Origin: an uncultured Nitrososphaerales archaeon
GTDB taxonomy: Archaea; Thermoproteota; Nitrososphaeria; Nitrososphaerales; Nitrososphaeraceae
Assembly: GCA_963709405.1 (NCBI GenBank)
Contig: CAVPXM010000055.1
Coordinates: 288,001 to 352,000, forward strand
Length of the DNA: 64,000 bases
Direction: 5' to 3'
Shown here: positions 23,256 through 35,265 of the stretch, in pieces
Layout of the letters: the number at the start of each line of letters is the position of its first letter
How positions within the stretch are numbered: the first letter of the stretch is position 1
The notes under the pieces: generated by a model
Told to the model about the DNA's origin: nothing
The model's input: only the letters and a program-made list of their open reading frames with translations
Databases searched by the model: none
Made by a program: the position numbers and the translations under genes

Positions 23256-23984
23256 CGAAATAGATCGCCTTGGGAGGTAGTATAAATGCCATATATTAGC
23301 TATACTGGCATTGCATGCCAACAGGAACAATTGCACTTCCCTCTTCCCTTTAATGATCGACTATGATGAGACTATCAATTCGTCCAAGCGAAGGACGTCA
23401 AAATATCCCTAATATAGATCAGAAGTTAACGAATGAATTTACACCGAAACAAAGTGAAGTTCATGCGATATCCTGTGAACACATAAAATCTTAGTCATTA
23501 CCTATTCTTTAGCAACAAGCTAATCGGTTCTTACTAGATCCTATTTTTTGCTAGCCGTCCACTTGTGTAACTGAAAACGTAGGCGTAAGAACTTCATTCT
23601 GAATTAGTTAGAATATTTGAGTATGGAGGTATTAGTGTGTGGTACCGAGAGATCTAGTCGAAAAATAATTTGTATTGTAATAACTACATAATAATATCGA
23701 TATGATATTATCGATTAGTAAATACTTCATCTGAATACATCGGGAATAGATATTTAATCTTGATAGTAGAAGGCATTGTACTCTATGAAGACCCTAAAAG
23801 ATTTAATTAAAGGAAATGTTGTTGGATGCGGATCCGATTACATTGTTGTAGAGAAAGCAAAGAAAAGATTCTTTGTACATGTTCCTAACTTTAAAATCCA
23901 TGAATTAAAAAATTCAGTTACCCCCTATTGGTCGGAATTCTAGACTTAGAAAGCTATTTTTAACCTATAAAAAGTTAAATTAAG

Positions 23985-25883
23985 TTGGAGAAATATAAAC
24001 GTCGTTTGAAACAGCCTTCAAGGATTGAAATTACTACTCAGATTAGAGGCCCTCCCACAGCAAATCTCATACCTCGTAATGGTAAAGTGCGTTACGATAG
24101 GAAAGCAGAATCAGAATTTTTCGTTGATAACTCTGCTCTGGCTGGGTTTACTGGCGAACGCATACTGTACATGGCAGTCAGGGAACTTATTGAAAATTCT
24201 CTTGACTCTTGTGAGGTCAATCATATTTTGCCAAATATTTCCCTTTCTTTAAGGATTCATGATTCATTAAACGACATGTGGGTTATTACATGCGAAGATA
24301 ATGGTGTAGGAATACCCACAGACAAAGTACCGGTCGCAGTATGCTCTTTTTTGACCTCTGGTAAATATGTGGAACGACAGCAGCGTGGTCTGTTTGGTGT
24401 CGGTCTTAAAATGATCGCCGCTTTTTCTACAAAGGATACGGATCATCCACTTAGAGTATGGACAAAAACACTTGATGAAATTGGTGAAGCTTATTTTGAG
24501 CTCAGAACTGATATTGGTACTAACAAGCCGATTGTCTTATCGAGGAAGGTGATCAACAAGGAATATTCGATCAGATCAAAATCTGGTTTTAAGATTGAGG
24601 CAATGTTGCGAGCAAGATTGTCTCCCATAACAAAAAATAAGATCTATGATTACATTAGTCAAACTAGTATAGTCAATCCATACGCTGTGATAACCTTTTC
24701 CACCGATGAAGGCAGGGTGGTTTTTGATAGGCGGACAAAGAATATGCCTGAGCCTTCGAGAGAAGTATTGCCGCATCCTTCAGATATGGATCTTAAAACT
24801 CTAAAGAGGGCGATCCTTAACTTTACTAATCAGAAGACGACGTTACATGGAATATTATCTGGTTCGTTTCAGAAAATGTCCGGAGAAAAAGCTAAGGAAA
24901 TCCTAACGAGGGCGGCAGTGGATCTAAAAGTAGCAAGCAAGTATGATGAACACGAATTGATAAAAATAGTAAATGCATGCAGACAAACGAAATTCCAATC
25001 GCCAAATACTGATCATCTGAGTCCAGTCGGTGAGCATATTTTGACTGCAGGGATGATGGAAGAATATTCTATTGTTACTAAAAAGGAGAGCAATAGCCCA
25101 GGTGATCAATCGAATTCTCAATTGTCTGTCAAGGTTTTAAAACCGGCGCTTACGGCTTATTCGTCAAGGACTTGCATAATAAATAACCGAGCAACAATAG
25201 TTGAGTGTGGCGTAGCATACGGCGGGAATATAAATTCATTCAGACTTTACAGATTCGCCAACAAGATTCCACTACTGTATGACGAGGGTTCAGATGTAGC
25301 CCGAGAGGTGGTAGCCGAAGTTGAAATTAATAAAATGGGTATAACTAAAAAGGATGTGAAAGAACAATTCTTCAATCCAGAGGCAAAATCCGACCGTGCT
25401 ATAGAACTACTTCCAATTCACATATTCTTCCATATATGCTCTACCAGGATTCCATACAAAACCGCAGGTAAGGAAAGTATCGCATCTGAAGGAAGCCTCA
25501 AGAAGTACATGAGATTCTGTTTGACTGATCTATATCGAAGGGTAAGCGCCCAAATTCGTAAAGAAATTAGGATCAAAGAGGCTGAAAACAGGCTACGACT
25601 CTATAAGCACTACATACCGTTAATCGTTAGCGCCATTTCCGAATCGATTGATATTGACGCAAATAAACTCTCTGATGGGTTTACAAGCCTAGTAGAAAGG
25701 CATGCTAGCGAGACACACGTGATTCCGGCTCATACGATACACAATGCGAGAGACTATAAAGTCAGGGATGGTGAGGAGGAAGATTCCAAATTAAACTATG
25801 ATTCGATGAATCGTCTTAGGTTAACTGATACCAGAAAAATGAACACGCGAAGAAAGCAGATAGGAAGAGTGAAGAAATATTAG
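23985..25883 (+). CDS. top6B: DNA topoisomerase VI subunit B
   Basis: RELIENSLDS, EDNGVG, RGLFGVG, RFANKIPLLY and YKTAGKESI motifs. Confidence 0.95.
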   Translation: MEKYKRRLKQPSRIEITTQIRGPPTANLIPRNGKVRYDRKAESEFFVDNSALAGFTGERILYMAVRELIENSLDSCEVNHILPNISLSLRIHDSLNDMWVITCEDNGVGIPTDKVPVAVCSFLTSGKYVERQQRGLFGVGLKMIAAFSTKDTDHPLRVWTKTLDEIGEAYFELRTDIGTNKPIVLSRKVINKEYSIRSKSGFKIEAMLRARLSPITKNKIYDYISQTSIVNPYAVITFSTDEGRVVFDRRTKNMPEPSREVLPHPSDMDLKTLKRAILNFTNQKTTLHGILSGSFQKMSGEKAKEILTRAAVDLKVASKYDEHELIKIVNACRQTKFQSPNTDHLSPVGEHILTAGMMEEYSIVTKKESNSPGDQSNSQLSVKVLKPALTAYSSRTCIINNRATIVECGVAYGGNINSFRLYRFANKIPLLYDEGSDVAREVVAEVEINKMGITKKDVKEQFFNPEAKSDRAIELLPIHIFFHICSTRIPYKTAGKESIASEGSLKKYMRFCLTDLYRRVSAQIRKEIRIKEAENRLRLYKHYIPLIVSAISESIDIDANKLSDGFTSLVERHASETHVIPAHTIHNARDYKVRDGEEEDSKLNYDSMNRLRLTDTRKMNTRRKQIGRVKKY

Positions 25884-25961
25884 CAAAATCGAATTAAATA
25901 GAATTAATTTGACATTGAATCGTATCGAGTCTTATGCCAAGAGGAGTCTTCATAGTTAGAT

Positions 25962-27068
25962 ATGCCTGCAAGAGACAAACGACATCAGGAAGTTATTAAG
26001 AAGATTAAGTTAATGATGACAGACATAAGTCGAGACGTCTTACTCGAAAAGATCTTGCCTGTCCTGGACATTATTAAAGTTGGCTACGATAATACGGTGT
26101 GGTCAGATGAGAAAAGGATGCTTACTATTGGTACTAAAACTGTTCAAATTAGTCCTGAGAATACCAAAAAAATTCCTACTTTCTCTCAGTACATAGTAAT
26201 GGCAAATGCTGTCAGGAAGCTGTTGGATGAAGAAATGGAGAGCACAATCCGGGGAATGTATTATGCCACTCTTAGCACGATTGGCGATGAAAAGAATAAG
26301 CAAAAGTTCTGGAACACACAAGATAATTCCGATGATGCAATTAAAGCCATAGAATTACTCACGGGAGTTCCGAGAGAAGAATTCGCTGTTACTTCCAAAC
26401 CGAAAGGTATGATTTCTGGGCCGATTACTTTGCGAGTCGGTGGGGATTTAATCGACTGCAACCTAGGAAGTAGAGCAACCTCTCAGTTAGTCCCAACTAA
26501 TATTCGTGATCTAGAAATAGTTAATGTGAAGGCAGACTTTGTAATGGTGGTAGAGAAAGATACCGTCCTTAACAATATCCGCAAATCGGGGTTCATACAG
26601 AAATATAACGCGATATTGATGACTGGTTCGGGTGAACCGGATCGAGCAACTAGGATGATGGTAAAGACTCTCAATAAAGAATGGAAGAAACCTGTCGTGA
26701 TCTTTGCCGATGCTGACCCTTGGGGGCTGGGGATCGCGTTAAGGTATAAAATCGGAAGTGAGTCATTGAGTTACGATAGTGAAAGACTGGTAACTCCTGA
26801 TGCCATGGTGTTGGGGATGATGTTTTCAGATATTTATGACTACAATATTCCCGAGGTAGCAAGGTTGACAGCTTCTGAAGAAGACCTGAATAGAGCAAAT
26901 GATATGAAAAGAAAACCATGGCTTAAGGATAAGAAATGGCAAAAGGAACTGACTTTATTTATGCAGCGGAAAGAAAAATGTGAATTGGATGCATTCTTTA
27001 AACATGGATTCCGCTATTTGGCGGAAACTTATTTACCTCAGAAACTTCGTGAATCCGGTGTGATATAA
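25962..27068 (+). CDS. top6A: DNA topoisomerase VI subunit A
   Basis: STIRGMYY catalytic Tyr; VVEK, GEPDRATR and DADPWG TOPRIM motifs. Confidence 0.95.
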   Translation: MPARDKRHQEVIKKIKLMMTDISRDVLLEKILPVLDIIKVGYDNTVWSDEKRMLTIGTKTVQISPENTKKIPTFSQYIVMANAVRKLLDEEMESTIRGMYYATLSTIGDEKNKQKFWNTQDNSDDAIKAIELLTGVPREEFAVTSKPKGMISGPITLRVGGDLIDCNLGSRATSQLVPTNIRDLEIVNVKADFVMVVEKDTVLNNIRKSGFIQKYNAILMTGSGEPDRATRMMVKTLNKEWKKPVVIFADADPWGLGIALRYKIGSESLSYDSERLVTPDAMVLGMMFSDIYDYNIPEVARLTASEEDLNRANDMKRKPWLKDKKWQKELTLFMQRKEKCELDAFFKHGFRYLAETYLPQKLRESGVI

Positions 27069-27082
27069 TGCAAAGATACGGT

Positions 27083-27760
27083 TTATGGTGTGCTTGACTC
27101 CATTTTCCTTCTCTCGACGATTGTATTGGACTTGCTTGAGATTAGATGACTTGAAAATTCGGACAAATCCATGACCAATCCGTAGTAGCCTCTTACATTA
27201 TCTAGCGTTGATTCATAATGTTTTTCGTTACTAGAAGCGGTTGCATCGGATATGAGAACTATATCATAACCAATATTAAATGCATCCCTAAGTGACGTTT
27301 CCACGCAAATTGATGTATCGATTCCACAAAAGATAATTGTATTGACACTTAGACTCCTTAGCCAGACAGCGATTTCCGTGTCATGGAATGCAGAATCCCT
27401 TCTTTTTAGTACAATATGATCTGCTTGTGTTGGTTTTATGTCGTCTACGATGTCTGCGTCCCAACTCCCCCTGACGCAAATTGGCCTTTTCTTTATTCGT
27501 TCTTCCCTAGACTTTGGTAAGATCTTGTGGGTTTTTGTAAGAAGATCGATCCCAGATGACTCTCGAACAGCTTGGGTATAAAATATAGGAAGGCCAAACT
27601 CTCTGCATATCTGAATAAGTTGGCGAATTTTGGCAATAACAGCCCTATAGTTTGTTGTATCCATACCTAGCAGATCATAGGAACCACCCTTACTAACAAA
27701 GCCGTTTTGAACATCAATCACGATTAAGGCTGGGTTTACCCTATACTCTCTCAATTTCAT
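27083..27760 (-). CDS. Isochorismatase / cysteine hydrolase family protein
   Basis: ALIVIDVQNGF, KRRDSAF and GIDTSICVETS motifs. Confidence 0.9.
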   Translation of the reverse strand: MKLREYRVNPALIVIDVQNGFVSKGGSYDLLGMDTTNYRAVIAKIRQLIQICREFGLPIFYTQAVRESSGIDLLTKTHKILPKSREERIKKRPICVRGSWDADIVDDIKPTQADHIVLKRRDSAFHDTEIAVWLRSLSVNTIIFCGIDTSICVETSLRDAFNIGYDIVLISDATASSNEKHYESTLDNVRGYYGLVMDLSEFSSHLISSKSNTIVERRKMESSTP

Positions 27761-28112
27761 AGACCAGCATAATATCGATACCTTCATTTATACTGTATAG
27801 GGCCAGTGGGAAGTCGATTGCGAATACTAATGCAGAATTTATACGTAAACACTGTTAACTCAGTTGGATAAGGATCGCGACGGCAAGTCATTATTTTCAT
27901 CGAGCAGCCAGATTCCACTTGCGAATCACATGAACTTATTCAACATTATGTCCTACTCCATTTTATGGAGTCAGGCTTGCGGTTGCTTTCAGTGGGCGTT
28001 TTGGTTTATGATGAATAAAAAAGGCGTGTCTTAAATTGGTCAGGTACGGTTAACAGATTCGGAGGGCTTAATATTGACACTGTCACATTCATCATCCTAG
28101 TGATCCTGAGAA

Positions 28113-28874
28113 ATGGACTACTCGATATACATAGATGAAATAAGCAAATGTAATACAGAAAGACTGACAGAAAAGGAAAGAGTCGTACTTGCGAAAATAA
28201 TTAAATCAGCTTATTCCAGCGGAGGAATATCTCATTATTTAAAACTCAAGCGTCATCGCGTGGATTTCGCTGAAGGACCATACCTCAACAACCTCATAAA
28301 GAAGGGCTTCGTTGAGACACGACGTGGAAATTTCCTACTGGAAGGAACTTCATATGACTTAACTGCATGCTGCTTATTTTATATATTTCTAAATATGCGG
28401 AATTATCCGAATCAGCTCTTACTAAAATATCAAGACAATATCATTTTAAAAACGTTGGTATATCCATATTTCACGCCTAACAGCATAAAGGTCTTCTATC
28501 CTTTATTATCTCGATCCATAACTCACTACCTTAGACTTTGCTGTCGCACTACCTTGAACCTGCTAAAAACTATGGGAAAATCTAGTAATTCATCCCATCG
28601 TGAAAAGTTGAGATTGATTTTAGAATATGAATTGGAATGGCATTCCAGAACCCTGGTTATAGGAGCCGCAATGTTAGCCGATTCTATACCTCAAGAAGAA
28701 AAACAGACTAACAGAGTGGTCTCGTCTCAATTGGTTAAAGATAATCCCATAAAGACTCTGCTTATGAATGATGATCGATTTCTAAGCCTTTTCAGAAGGG
28801 TTAAAAATGAATTTACTGATGGGTATAAAGAGCTATCAGATCTACGCCGAAACTATTCAAGACCAGCAGGGTAA
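28113..28874 (+). CDS. Hypothetical protein (N-terminal wHTH-like)
   Basis: 253-aa ORF; LNNLIKKGFVE..YDLT pattern. Confidence 0.6.
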   Translation: MDYSIYIDEISKCNTERLTEKERVVLAKIIKSAYSSGGISHYLKLKRHRVDFAEGPYLNNLIKKGFVETRRGNFLLEGTSYDLTACCLFYIFLNMRNYPNQLLLKYQDNIILKTLVYPYFTPNSIKVFYPLLSRSITHYLRLCCRTTLNLLKTMGKSSNSSHREKLRLILEYELEWHSRTLVIGAAMLADSIPQEEKQTNRVVSSQLVKDNPIKTLLMNDDRFLSLFRRVKNEFTDGYKELSDLRRNYSRPAG

Positions 28875-28992
28875 TATTTGTAATAGCAGTGATTATTAGA
28901 CAATGAACTCAGCTTGGATAGAAATTATGTGATCACAAATCGCAGTCCAATAACGAATAATATCAAGGTCTGCTATTTACGGATAGATAAGA

Positions 28993-29605
28993 ATGAAGTG
29001 GAACATTAACGATTTCACAAAGGTCGGATTTTCGACCTTGCTCAAACCTTATGAAAATTCTATTAATGATTTGACAAAAATAACTCGGGCTTTCAGTTTA
29101 GCGATGAAGGCTCATGCCGGCCAATATCGAAATAGTGGAAAGATTGAACCGCATATTAATCATTCATTGAGAGTTGCACTTATTTTGACAGAAGAGATTA
29201 AACTTTTCGATGTGGATTTGATTTGTGCTGCTCTCCTGCATGACATTCTAGAAAAAAAATTGAGCAGACAGGCGGACTGCAATGATATACTGAAGTCAGA
29301 CTTTGGGGATAATGTCTATAACATAATATCTACTGTTACCAGGCCAATCCTACTCGACTCACAAAAGACTAAAGTTGATATTCTTGGTAAGGTACTATCA
29401 AGGTATTGCAAACGGATCCAAATTCATAAGATACATTAAACTTGCGGACCGACTTGATAATATCAGGTCGCTTAAGAGCACTTTCCACAAATATCAAATG
29501 AATAAATATAAAGAAGAGACACTGAAGTATCTGATGCCTATAGCAGAAAACACGGATGAAAAAATGGTATTAAAATTATCGGTAGCGCTGTATGAGCTAA
29601 AGTGA
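28993..29605 (+). CDS. Stand-alone RelA/SpoT-type HD hydrolase (Mesh1/SAH-like; frameshift ~29385)
   Basis: AHAGQYR..EPHINH, AALLHD and IKLADRLDN motifs. Confidence 0.8.
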
Positions 29606-29926
29606 ATTAACCCGCTTTATTGTCGCTAGGCGGATGGGGATTTAATGAATCTCAAAGTATAAAACTTGTAATATATTTCAAATATTAGAGTCAATTACGA
29701 TTGAGCTTGGTTAAAATCTAGCTAATATTGTAAGATCAGCCAAGCTTATTCGAAATCGAAACTTGAGCAGAGTGGTTGTGCACTACATTCATTACATGAA
29801 TAGCATATAAAATCTAGAAAGTACATTGCGGAGTTTTTGACAGGACTGAAAGTAAATGAGACAAGAATCAATAAAATGTGACTCATTATTTTTTTAAATT
29901 AAGCACAGCTATCCATTGAGATAAAT

Positions 29927-30634
29927 ATGCACTTCAACTTAAATTATTTGAAGACATTTTTCGTATTTCAAGCAGTATCTCTTATGATTCTACCCCATAT
30001 CTCGTTTGGTGGTACTGCGCAGGCCCAGCTAAGTGGCATTCCAGATAGTTCTGCTGGAGAAACAAACAACAAGTTAAGTCAATCAACCCTGGATTCATTC
30101 GTTTCTCCAAAATCGTTAATGGCATCAGTATTTGGCGAAATTAAGAATAATACAGCAAGGAATACAAATTCAAACAACCTCCAAGATGCAAAGAATCTTG
30201 TCGGAGAGTCGACCACTATCATCCTTTCAAATCAAGTAGTACCTGCTAAGGACTATATTCATATTTATGACAGTTTGCCATATAAAATAGACAACGGCCA
30301 TCTAACAGCTAAGCTTTCGTGCGACATGGATTCTAAACCAGCTCTTAGAATATTTATTGGAAAGATTCCAGTCCTTAAGCCATCTCCATTGCAGGTAGTA
30401 AAGGAGTTGTCCAAGCCCGGATACATGTGTTTGTATTATCTCGATATCCCACCACGATTAGATAAAGATAGTACTCAGGCTAAAAATTCAACTGATACAA
30501 TCACTGATATCGTATTGTATAACCCTACGAGTGTGAAGCAGGTGCTCTTGAATACGAGTAGTATTGTGATAGGAATTAATCAGATTGATCTCGTAGACAC
30601 CTTCTTACCAAGGAACACAACAATGAAATCGTAA
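29927..30634 (+). CDS. Secreted hypothetical protein
   Basis: Signal-peptide-like N-terminus; DYIHIYDS..GHLTAKLSCD..PGYMCLY segment. Confidence 0.65.
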   Translation: MHFNLNYLKTFFVFQAVSLMILPHISFGGTAQAQLSGIPDSSAGETNNKLSQSTLDSFVSPKSLMASVFGEIKNNTARNTNSNNLQDAKNLVGESTTIILSNQVVPAKDYIHIYDSLPYKIDNGHLTAKLSCDMDSKPALRIFIGKIPVLKPSPLQVVKELSKPGYMCLYYLDIPPRLDKDSTQAKNSTDTITDIVLYNPTSVKQVLLNTSSIVIGINQIDLVDTFLPRNTTMKS

Positions 30635-30679
30635 AATTATATACTGTAACAGACTCAGGTCTCGGTTATTATTGTGCCG

Positions 30680-31459
30680 TTAATATAAGTTACTGAGCTT
30701 GCAAACGACTGGCATTTCTCCTTTGTGTTTATTTTTTTCGATTAGTACTTGAACTCTTCTAACGGCATCAGCTTCGTATAGATTACTATTCACATTCTTA
30801 TTTTCTGATTCTCTTAAGATATTATCCACAACCATGTAGGGAAGGCCAATCTCACCTTCGGCCGTGTGCTCTTCCCACAAGCCGGGCCTACTATCCTTTT
30901 TAATAATTCTTTCAGGTACATCTAAATAGTAAGATAATTCCCTCACTTGAGTTTTATACAAATCGGCGATGGGCAAAATATCAGCCGATCCGTCACCATA
31001 TTTTGTGTAGTATCCAAGCTTTAGTTCGCTTTTGTCTGTCGTTCCTGCTACTAACATACCCTTATATGAAGCGAAGAAATACAGAATGCACATTCTTATT
31101 CTCGCTGCCAGGTTACCCTGAGCTAGGGGATCAGATGGAAGATCTTTCATAATCTCCTGTTTCTTCTTACTTATTTCTATAATTCTGTATGATATTGCTA
31201 ATTTCTTGGCAAGATCTAAAGCATCATCGAAATCTTCTCTTGGTGTAATTCCCTGTTCTGGTAGTAGAAGACCCAACACTGATGAGGATTTAAGAGCTTT
31301 GACAGCTAGGGCGGCAACAACAGATGAATCTAATCCTCCGCTTATTCCAATGACTACACCTTTTGCTTTTCTTTCTCGTACTTGGTTAATCAAAAATTCT
31401 TTTATAAAATCACATATTTTTTGCAATGCCAGATAATAGTGGCAACACATAATATACAT
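30680..31459 (-). CDS. nadE: NH3-dependent NAD+ synthetase
   Basis: GISGGLDS, NLAARIRM, GYYTKYGDG and LYKTQV motifs. Confidence 0.95.
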   Translation of the reverse strand: MYIMCCHYYLALQKICDFIKEFLINQVRERKAKGVVIGISGGLDSSVVAALAVKALKSSSVLGLLLPEQGITPREDFDDALDLAKKLAISYRIIEISKKKQEIMKDLPSDPLAQGNLAARIRMCILYFFASYKGMLVAGTTDKSELKLGYYTKYGDGSADILPIADLYKTQVRELSYYLDVPERIIKKDSRPGLWEEHTAEGEIGLPYMVVDNILRESENKNVNSNLYEADAVRRVQVLIEKNKHKGEMPVVCKLSNLY

Positions 31460-32284
31460 TTATTATTGAGATCATTCTAATATTTTGGTCGCTATAATTC
31501 ATGTTACAGATCAAAGACCAGTCGAATACAAAGTAAAATATCATTATTCTTTATATATTTCTAATTTTATTCAATGCTAAGATGAGTATAACTGCATTGT
31601 ATAATAACAAAAGGTTTGAGGTTTAGATAGATTTCTTGACCCTTACTCTGCAAAGGCATTTTATTTTCCCCCAAAATTTAGACGATAGCAGAATCTTACG
31701 ATGGCTTGTACGCTCTTGATAGACAATCGTATTGAGCAATTCCATCAAGTTAATTCCTATTCGAGAATGACCAAATAAAGACGAAAATCTTGAACAAGGT
31801 GACGATAGGATAGTCTTAAGGAGATTAATTTATCCATATTCGATTAAAATCAATTAAATAATAAGCCATGGCTGAGAATAACCTTATTAGTTCTCGTCCT
31901 AGTTATGTATTAGCTGGGATGAATGCAGCGAGATGCTGGCGATAGATGAATGCGAGGAGTGGATATGGCATATTTTAGATTGTACCAAAGATTGTGGTTT
32001 TGAGTATATTTGTGATACAACAAGAGAGTTTCTTATCTTTAATACAAATGACTTCTTTGCCGACATGAAGGCATTACAGAAAATAAAGAAAATTACGGGC
32101 ATGATACTGGTGCAGATGAGTACTCACAATTGTCACACACAGCTCTGGTTCGCCAGGGGCCGCGGTCGAACCTAATTTGATTAGGCTCAGATTTTTCTGG
32201 CTCAACAAGAAAGGTATGCTTAAGGTGATAGGTCTTGATAACGTAGCCGATAATATGGTTCGGTATAACTAATATAAAAATACC

Positions 32285-32593
32285 TTAGTGCCAAATATTA
32301 ATTTTTTCTTTCTGAAGACTAAAATGTTTTTCTACTTCATTTAGTCTTTCTAGAAATCCGTCAACCTCTCTTATATCCGAATACGATGCATGACTTCGCA
32401 GCTTATTTAAGAGAGATAGTACTTGCTCATGAGTAACCCCGTGTTTCATATCATAATCAATCTGACGGCAACAATTTGCCACGGTACCGTACCGCTTATG
32501 TTGCCTCTTCTCCCATAAAGATGCATTTGCCGACAAACCTCGAACAAACTTTACAACTGTCTTTTCCATATGTAAAACGTGCCATTCCTTCAT
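32285..32593 (-). CDS. Hypothetical protein
   Basis: ORF with plausible composition; start uncertain. Confidence 0.55.
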   Translation of the reverse strand: MKEWHVLHMEKTVVKFVRGLSANASLWEKRQHKRYGTVANCCRQIDYDMKHGVTHEQVLSLLNKLRSHASYSDIREVDGFLERLNEVEKHFSLQKEKINIWH

Positions 32594-32926
32594 GGGAAAG
32601 CTATTCTGAACCAAAAAGATCATTATAAAATCTGCATACTGACATATAAGCCAACCTGATGAGGTGGAAAATAGCGCAATGAATTTCAATATTGATGGAG
32701 AGCGATTGTGCAACTATTAGATTAATTTGAAATCCTTATAATAACATGAATTAGCTTTTTAAGCAATAAGCTAACCCCGTAATATCTGGAGAATGTGAAC
32801 CGTCTGCTGGACTATGTAACACAATAAGGTGAAGACCAAAGCTTCACAACCTAAGGTATGTACATCTGGGCGCTGATTCTGGGCTGCCAAAATGGTGTTT
32901 GATACTCTCCTAAAGAACAAGAGTAT

Positions 32927-34255
32927 CTACAATTGTTTTTCAGGTGTACTGGGTTCTATCTCTTTTCTTTGCTGAGGCAGCATGATATAAACACATGCAG
33001 ACCCACACATTGTGCAAGGAACGTTATTTCCTTCGTGCTGCCCTTGTCTCGTGTGGATTCTCTCAGCCTCTTCAGGATTGATAGACAAGGATATCTGCTT
33101 TTCCCAATTTAGTGTACGTCTTGCCTCAGTGATTGCTCTATCCCATTTGATTGCTTTTTCTCTCATCTTTACCAGGTCCCCAGCATGCCCGGCAATGCGA
33201 TAAGCAATTAAACCTTGCTTGACCTCCTCCGCGGTTGGTAATGCTAGATGCTCAGATGGTGTCAAGTAGCAAAGCAGATCAACGCCCTCAGCAGCAGAAA
33301 TGGCTGCACCTATTGCACTGGCGATGTGGTCGTACCCTGCAGCTATGTCTGTTACTAAGGGACCTAACACATAGTAGGGGACATTACCAAGTAAAGATTT
33401 TGCAAGCCTCACATTTGCAGCAACTTCATTTAACGGTACGTGGCCGGGACCTTCGATCATAACCTGAACATCTTTTTCATGCGCCCTCTTCGCTAACCTT
33501 GCTACATTTATCATTTCGGCAATCTGCAACTCATCATGAGCATCTAGTATGGAGCCAGGCCTAAGAGCGTCGCCCAGGCTGAAAGTAACATCATTTTGCC
33601 TTGCAATTTCACACATGTAATCGAAGTGTTCAAAATATGGGTTCTCCTTATCGTATTTTAGCATCCAAGCTGCTGTTATAGTTCCACCCTTTGAAACAAT
33701 ACCCCCATACCTTCTTACCTTAAGAACACGCTGAGCTAGCTCTTTCGTTATACCAGAATGAATGGTTGTATAATCCACTCCGTCCTTTACATGTTTCTCA
33801 AACGACCGTAAGAAGTCTTCTGAACTTATGTTAAGTGGATTTTTATATTTTTCTACTCCATGGGCGTACGCCTGGTATACTGGAACGGTTCCGAAGGTAA
33901 TAGGTGCCGCTTCGAGTAATTTTTCTCTAATGAAGTCAAGGTTTCCTCCGTCTGACAAATCCATTATCGTGTCTCCGCCATATTTTACTGCCACTATTGC
34001 TTTAGAGACTTCTTCATCCAAATTTTGGTACAAGGTCGATGTGCCGATATTAACATTAATTTTCGTTCGCAAACCATGACCTATTCCAGCGTACTTAACG
34101 TCTTTTTGTTTTCTATTGGTATTATTTGGAATAATAATTGATCCATTAGCCACACAATCTTTGATAAAATTTAAGCTAACATCTTCGTATTTAGCAAGTT
34201 GGATCATTTCTGGAGTCACGACTCCTCTCCTGGCAGACGTAACTTGAGTAGCCAT
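32927..34255 (-). CDS. thiC: Phosphomethylpyrimidine synthase ThiC
   Basis: TKINVNIGTS, DTIMDLS, SLGDALRPG, EGPGH, GYDHI and CTMCG..C motifs. Confidence 0.97.
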   Translation of the reverse strand: MATQVTSARRGVVTPEMIQLAKYEDVSLNFIKDCVANGSIIIPNNTNRKQKDVKYAGIGHGLRTKINVNIGTSTLYQNLDEEVSKAIVAVKYGGDTIMDLSDGGNLDFIREKLLEAAPITFGTVPVYQAYAHGVEKYKNPLNISSEDFLRSFEKHVKDGVDYTTIHSGITKELAQRVLKVRRYGGIVSKGGTITAAWMLKYDKENPYFEHFDYMCEIARQNDVTFSLGDALRPGSILDAHDELQIAEMINVARLAKRAHEKDVQVMIEGPGHVPLNEVAANVRLAKSLLGNVPYYVLGPLVTDIAAGYDHIASAIGAAISAAEGVDLLCYLTPSEHLALPTAEEVKQGLIAYRIAGHAGDLVKMREKAIKWDRAITEARRTLNWEKQISLSINPEEAERIHTRQGQHEGNNVPCTMCGSACVYIMLPQQRKEIEPSTPEKQL

Positions 34256-34650
34256 ATTTCAGTAAATGCAATATGAAAGATGAGTATAAAAAAGTACGTC
34301 TTGACTTTATGTTGGGTATTATAATCGAACCGAGTATGAAAGAATTAACCATTACTTCAGCTGAAGCAGTAATAACATCATGGCTTTTTCGAATCTAGCA
34401 ATCAAATATGCTATCAAATGATTATCTGAATCGAGTCTTTTACTATTTTAACATTCTTATCACAACGAGCTGGGCATTACACAAAATTACATTTAATCAG
34501 CTCCATCAGACCATCCGGAAACTCCACCAGTCCATCAGCTGTTTAACTTAGCCGTTTACCTTAGATCACTTGGCTCGATCGCACTTTAGTTATGTACGAC
34601 TTTAGGATATAATCTAACAGTTAGCGTCAGAATAAAGTGTTTGTTCTACG

Positions 34651-35265
34651 TCATTCTTCTATATACATTGCATAATTATTCGAGTAGGTATATTTCAGCC
34701 ATCTGTTGACCATGATAAGCTCTGCCAGATGAGACCTTAAGTAGCTGGCACGCTTAGCTTCCAAATATTTTTCATACATTGCAACGACTTGTTCTTGCGT
34801 CTCCGACTGAATTGAGCCCGGTCGAAGTTGTCGTATTTTCTTGATTGCCTGATATGAAGTCAAACTAGGATTTTCTCTGAGAAGATACGATGCCAAGATA
34901 GTGCCTGTTCTGCCTCTACCCGCTGCACAATGTACCATTACCGATTTTCCAGACTTAATCTGGCCATGAATATAATCCTCAGTTGAATCTAATTCATCTA
35001 ACGTAGGAGCACCGTAGTCTTTCACCTTCAAATGCAAATAATTAACCGAATTGGTTTTGAGATACTCTAACCATTTCGACGGCAAAGGCACCTCCCTGAC
35101 TGTGACTATCACATTTATCCCATTCTCTACGACCCATTGTAGCTGGGATTTGCTCATTGGGATCCCGCTCCCGGCTAATTTTGAATCTATTATCCAACTA
35201 AAGTTGGTTGGTCTAGTAGCGAATTTACCATGAAACCATCTGTAAGTATTACCAATTACGGTCAT
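34651..35265 (-). CDS. Dual-specificity protein phosphatase
   Basis: VHCAAGRGRTG (HCX5R) and RPGSIQ motifs. Confidence 0.9.
   Translation of the reverse strand: MTVIGNTYRWFHGKFATRPTNFSWIIDSKLAGSGIPMSKSQLQWVVENGINVIVTVREVPLPSKWLEYLKTNSVNYLHLKVKDYGAPTLDELDSTEDYIHGQIKSGKSVMVHCAAGRGRTGTILASYLLRENPSLTSYQAIKKIRQLRPGSIQSETQEQVVAMYEKYLEAKRASYLRSHLAELIMVNRWLKYTYSNNYAMYIEE

Noticed and set aside
34256-34650. TPP riboswitch upstream of thiC
   Set aside because: No GCTGAGA / CCTGA..GATAA core found on the minus strand
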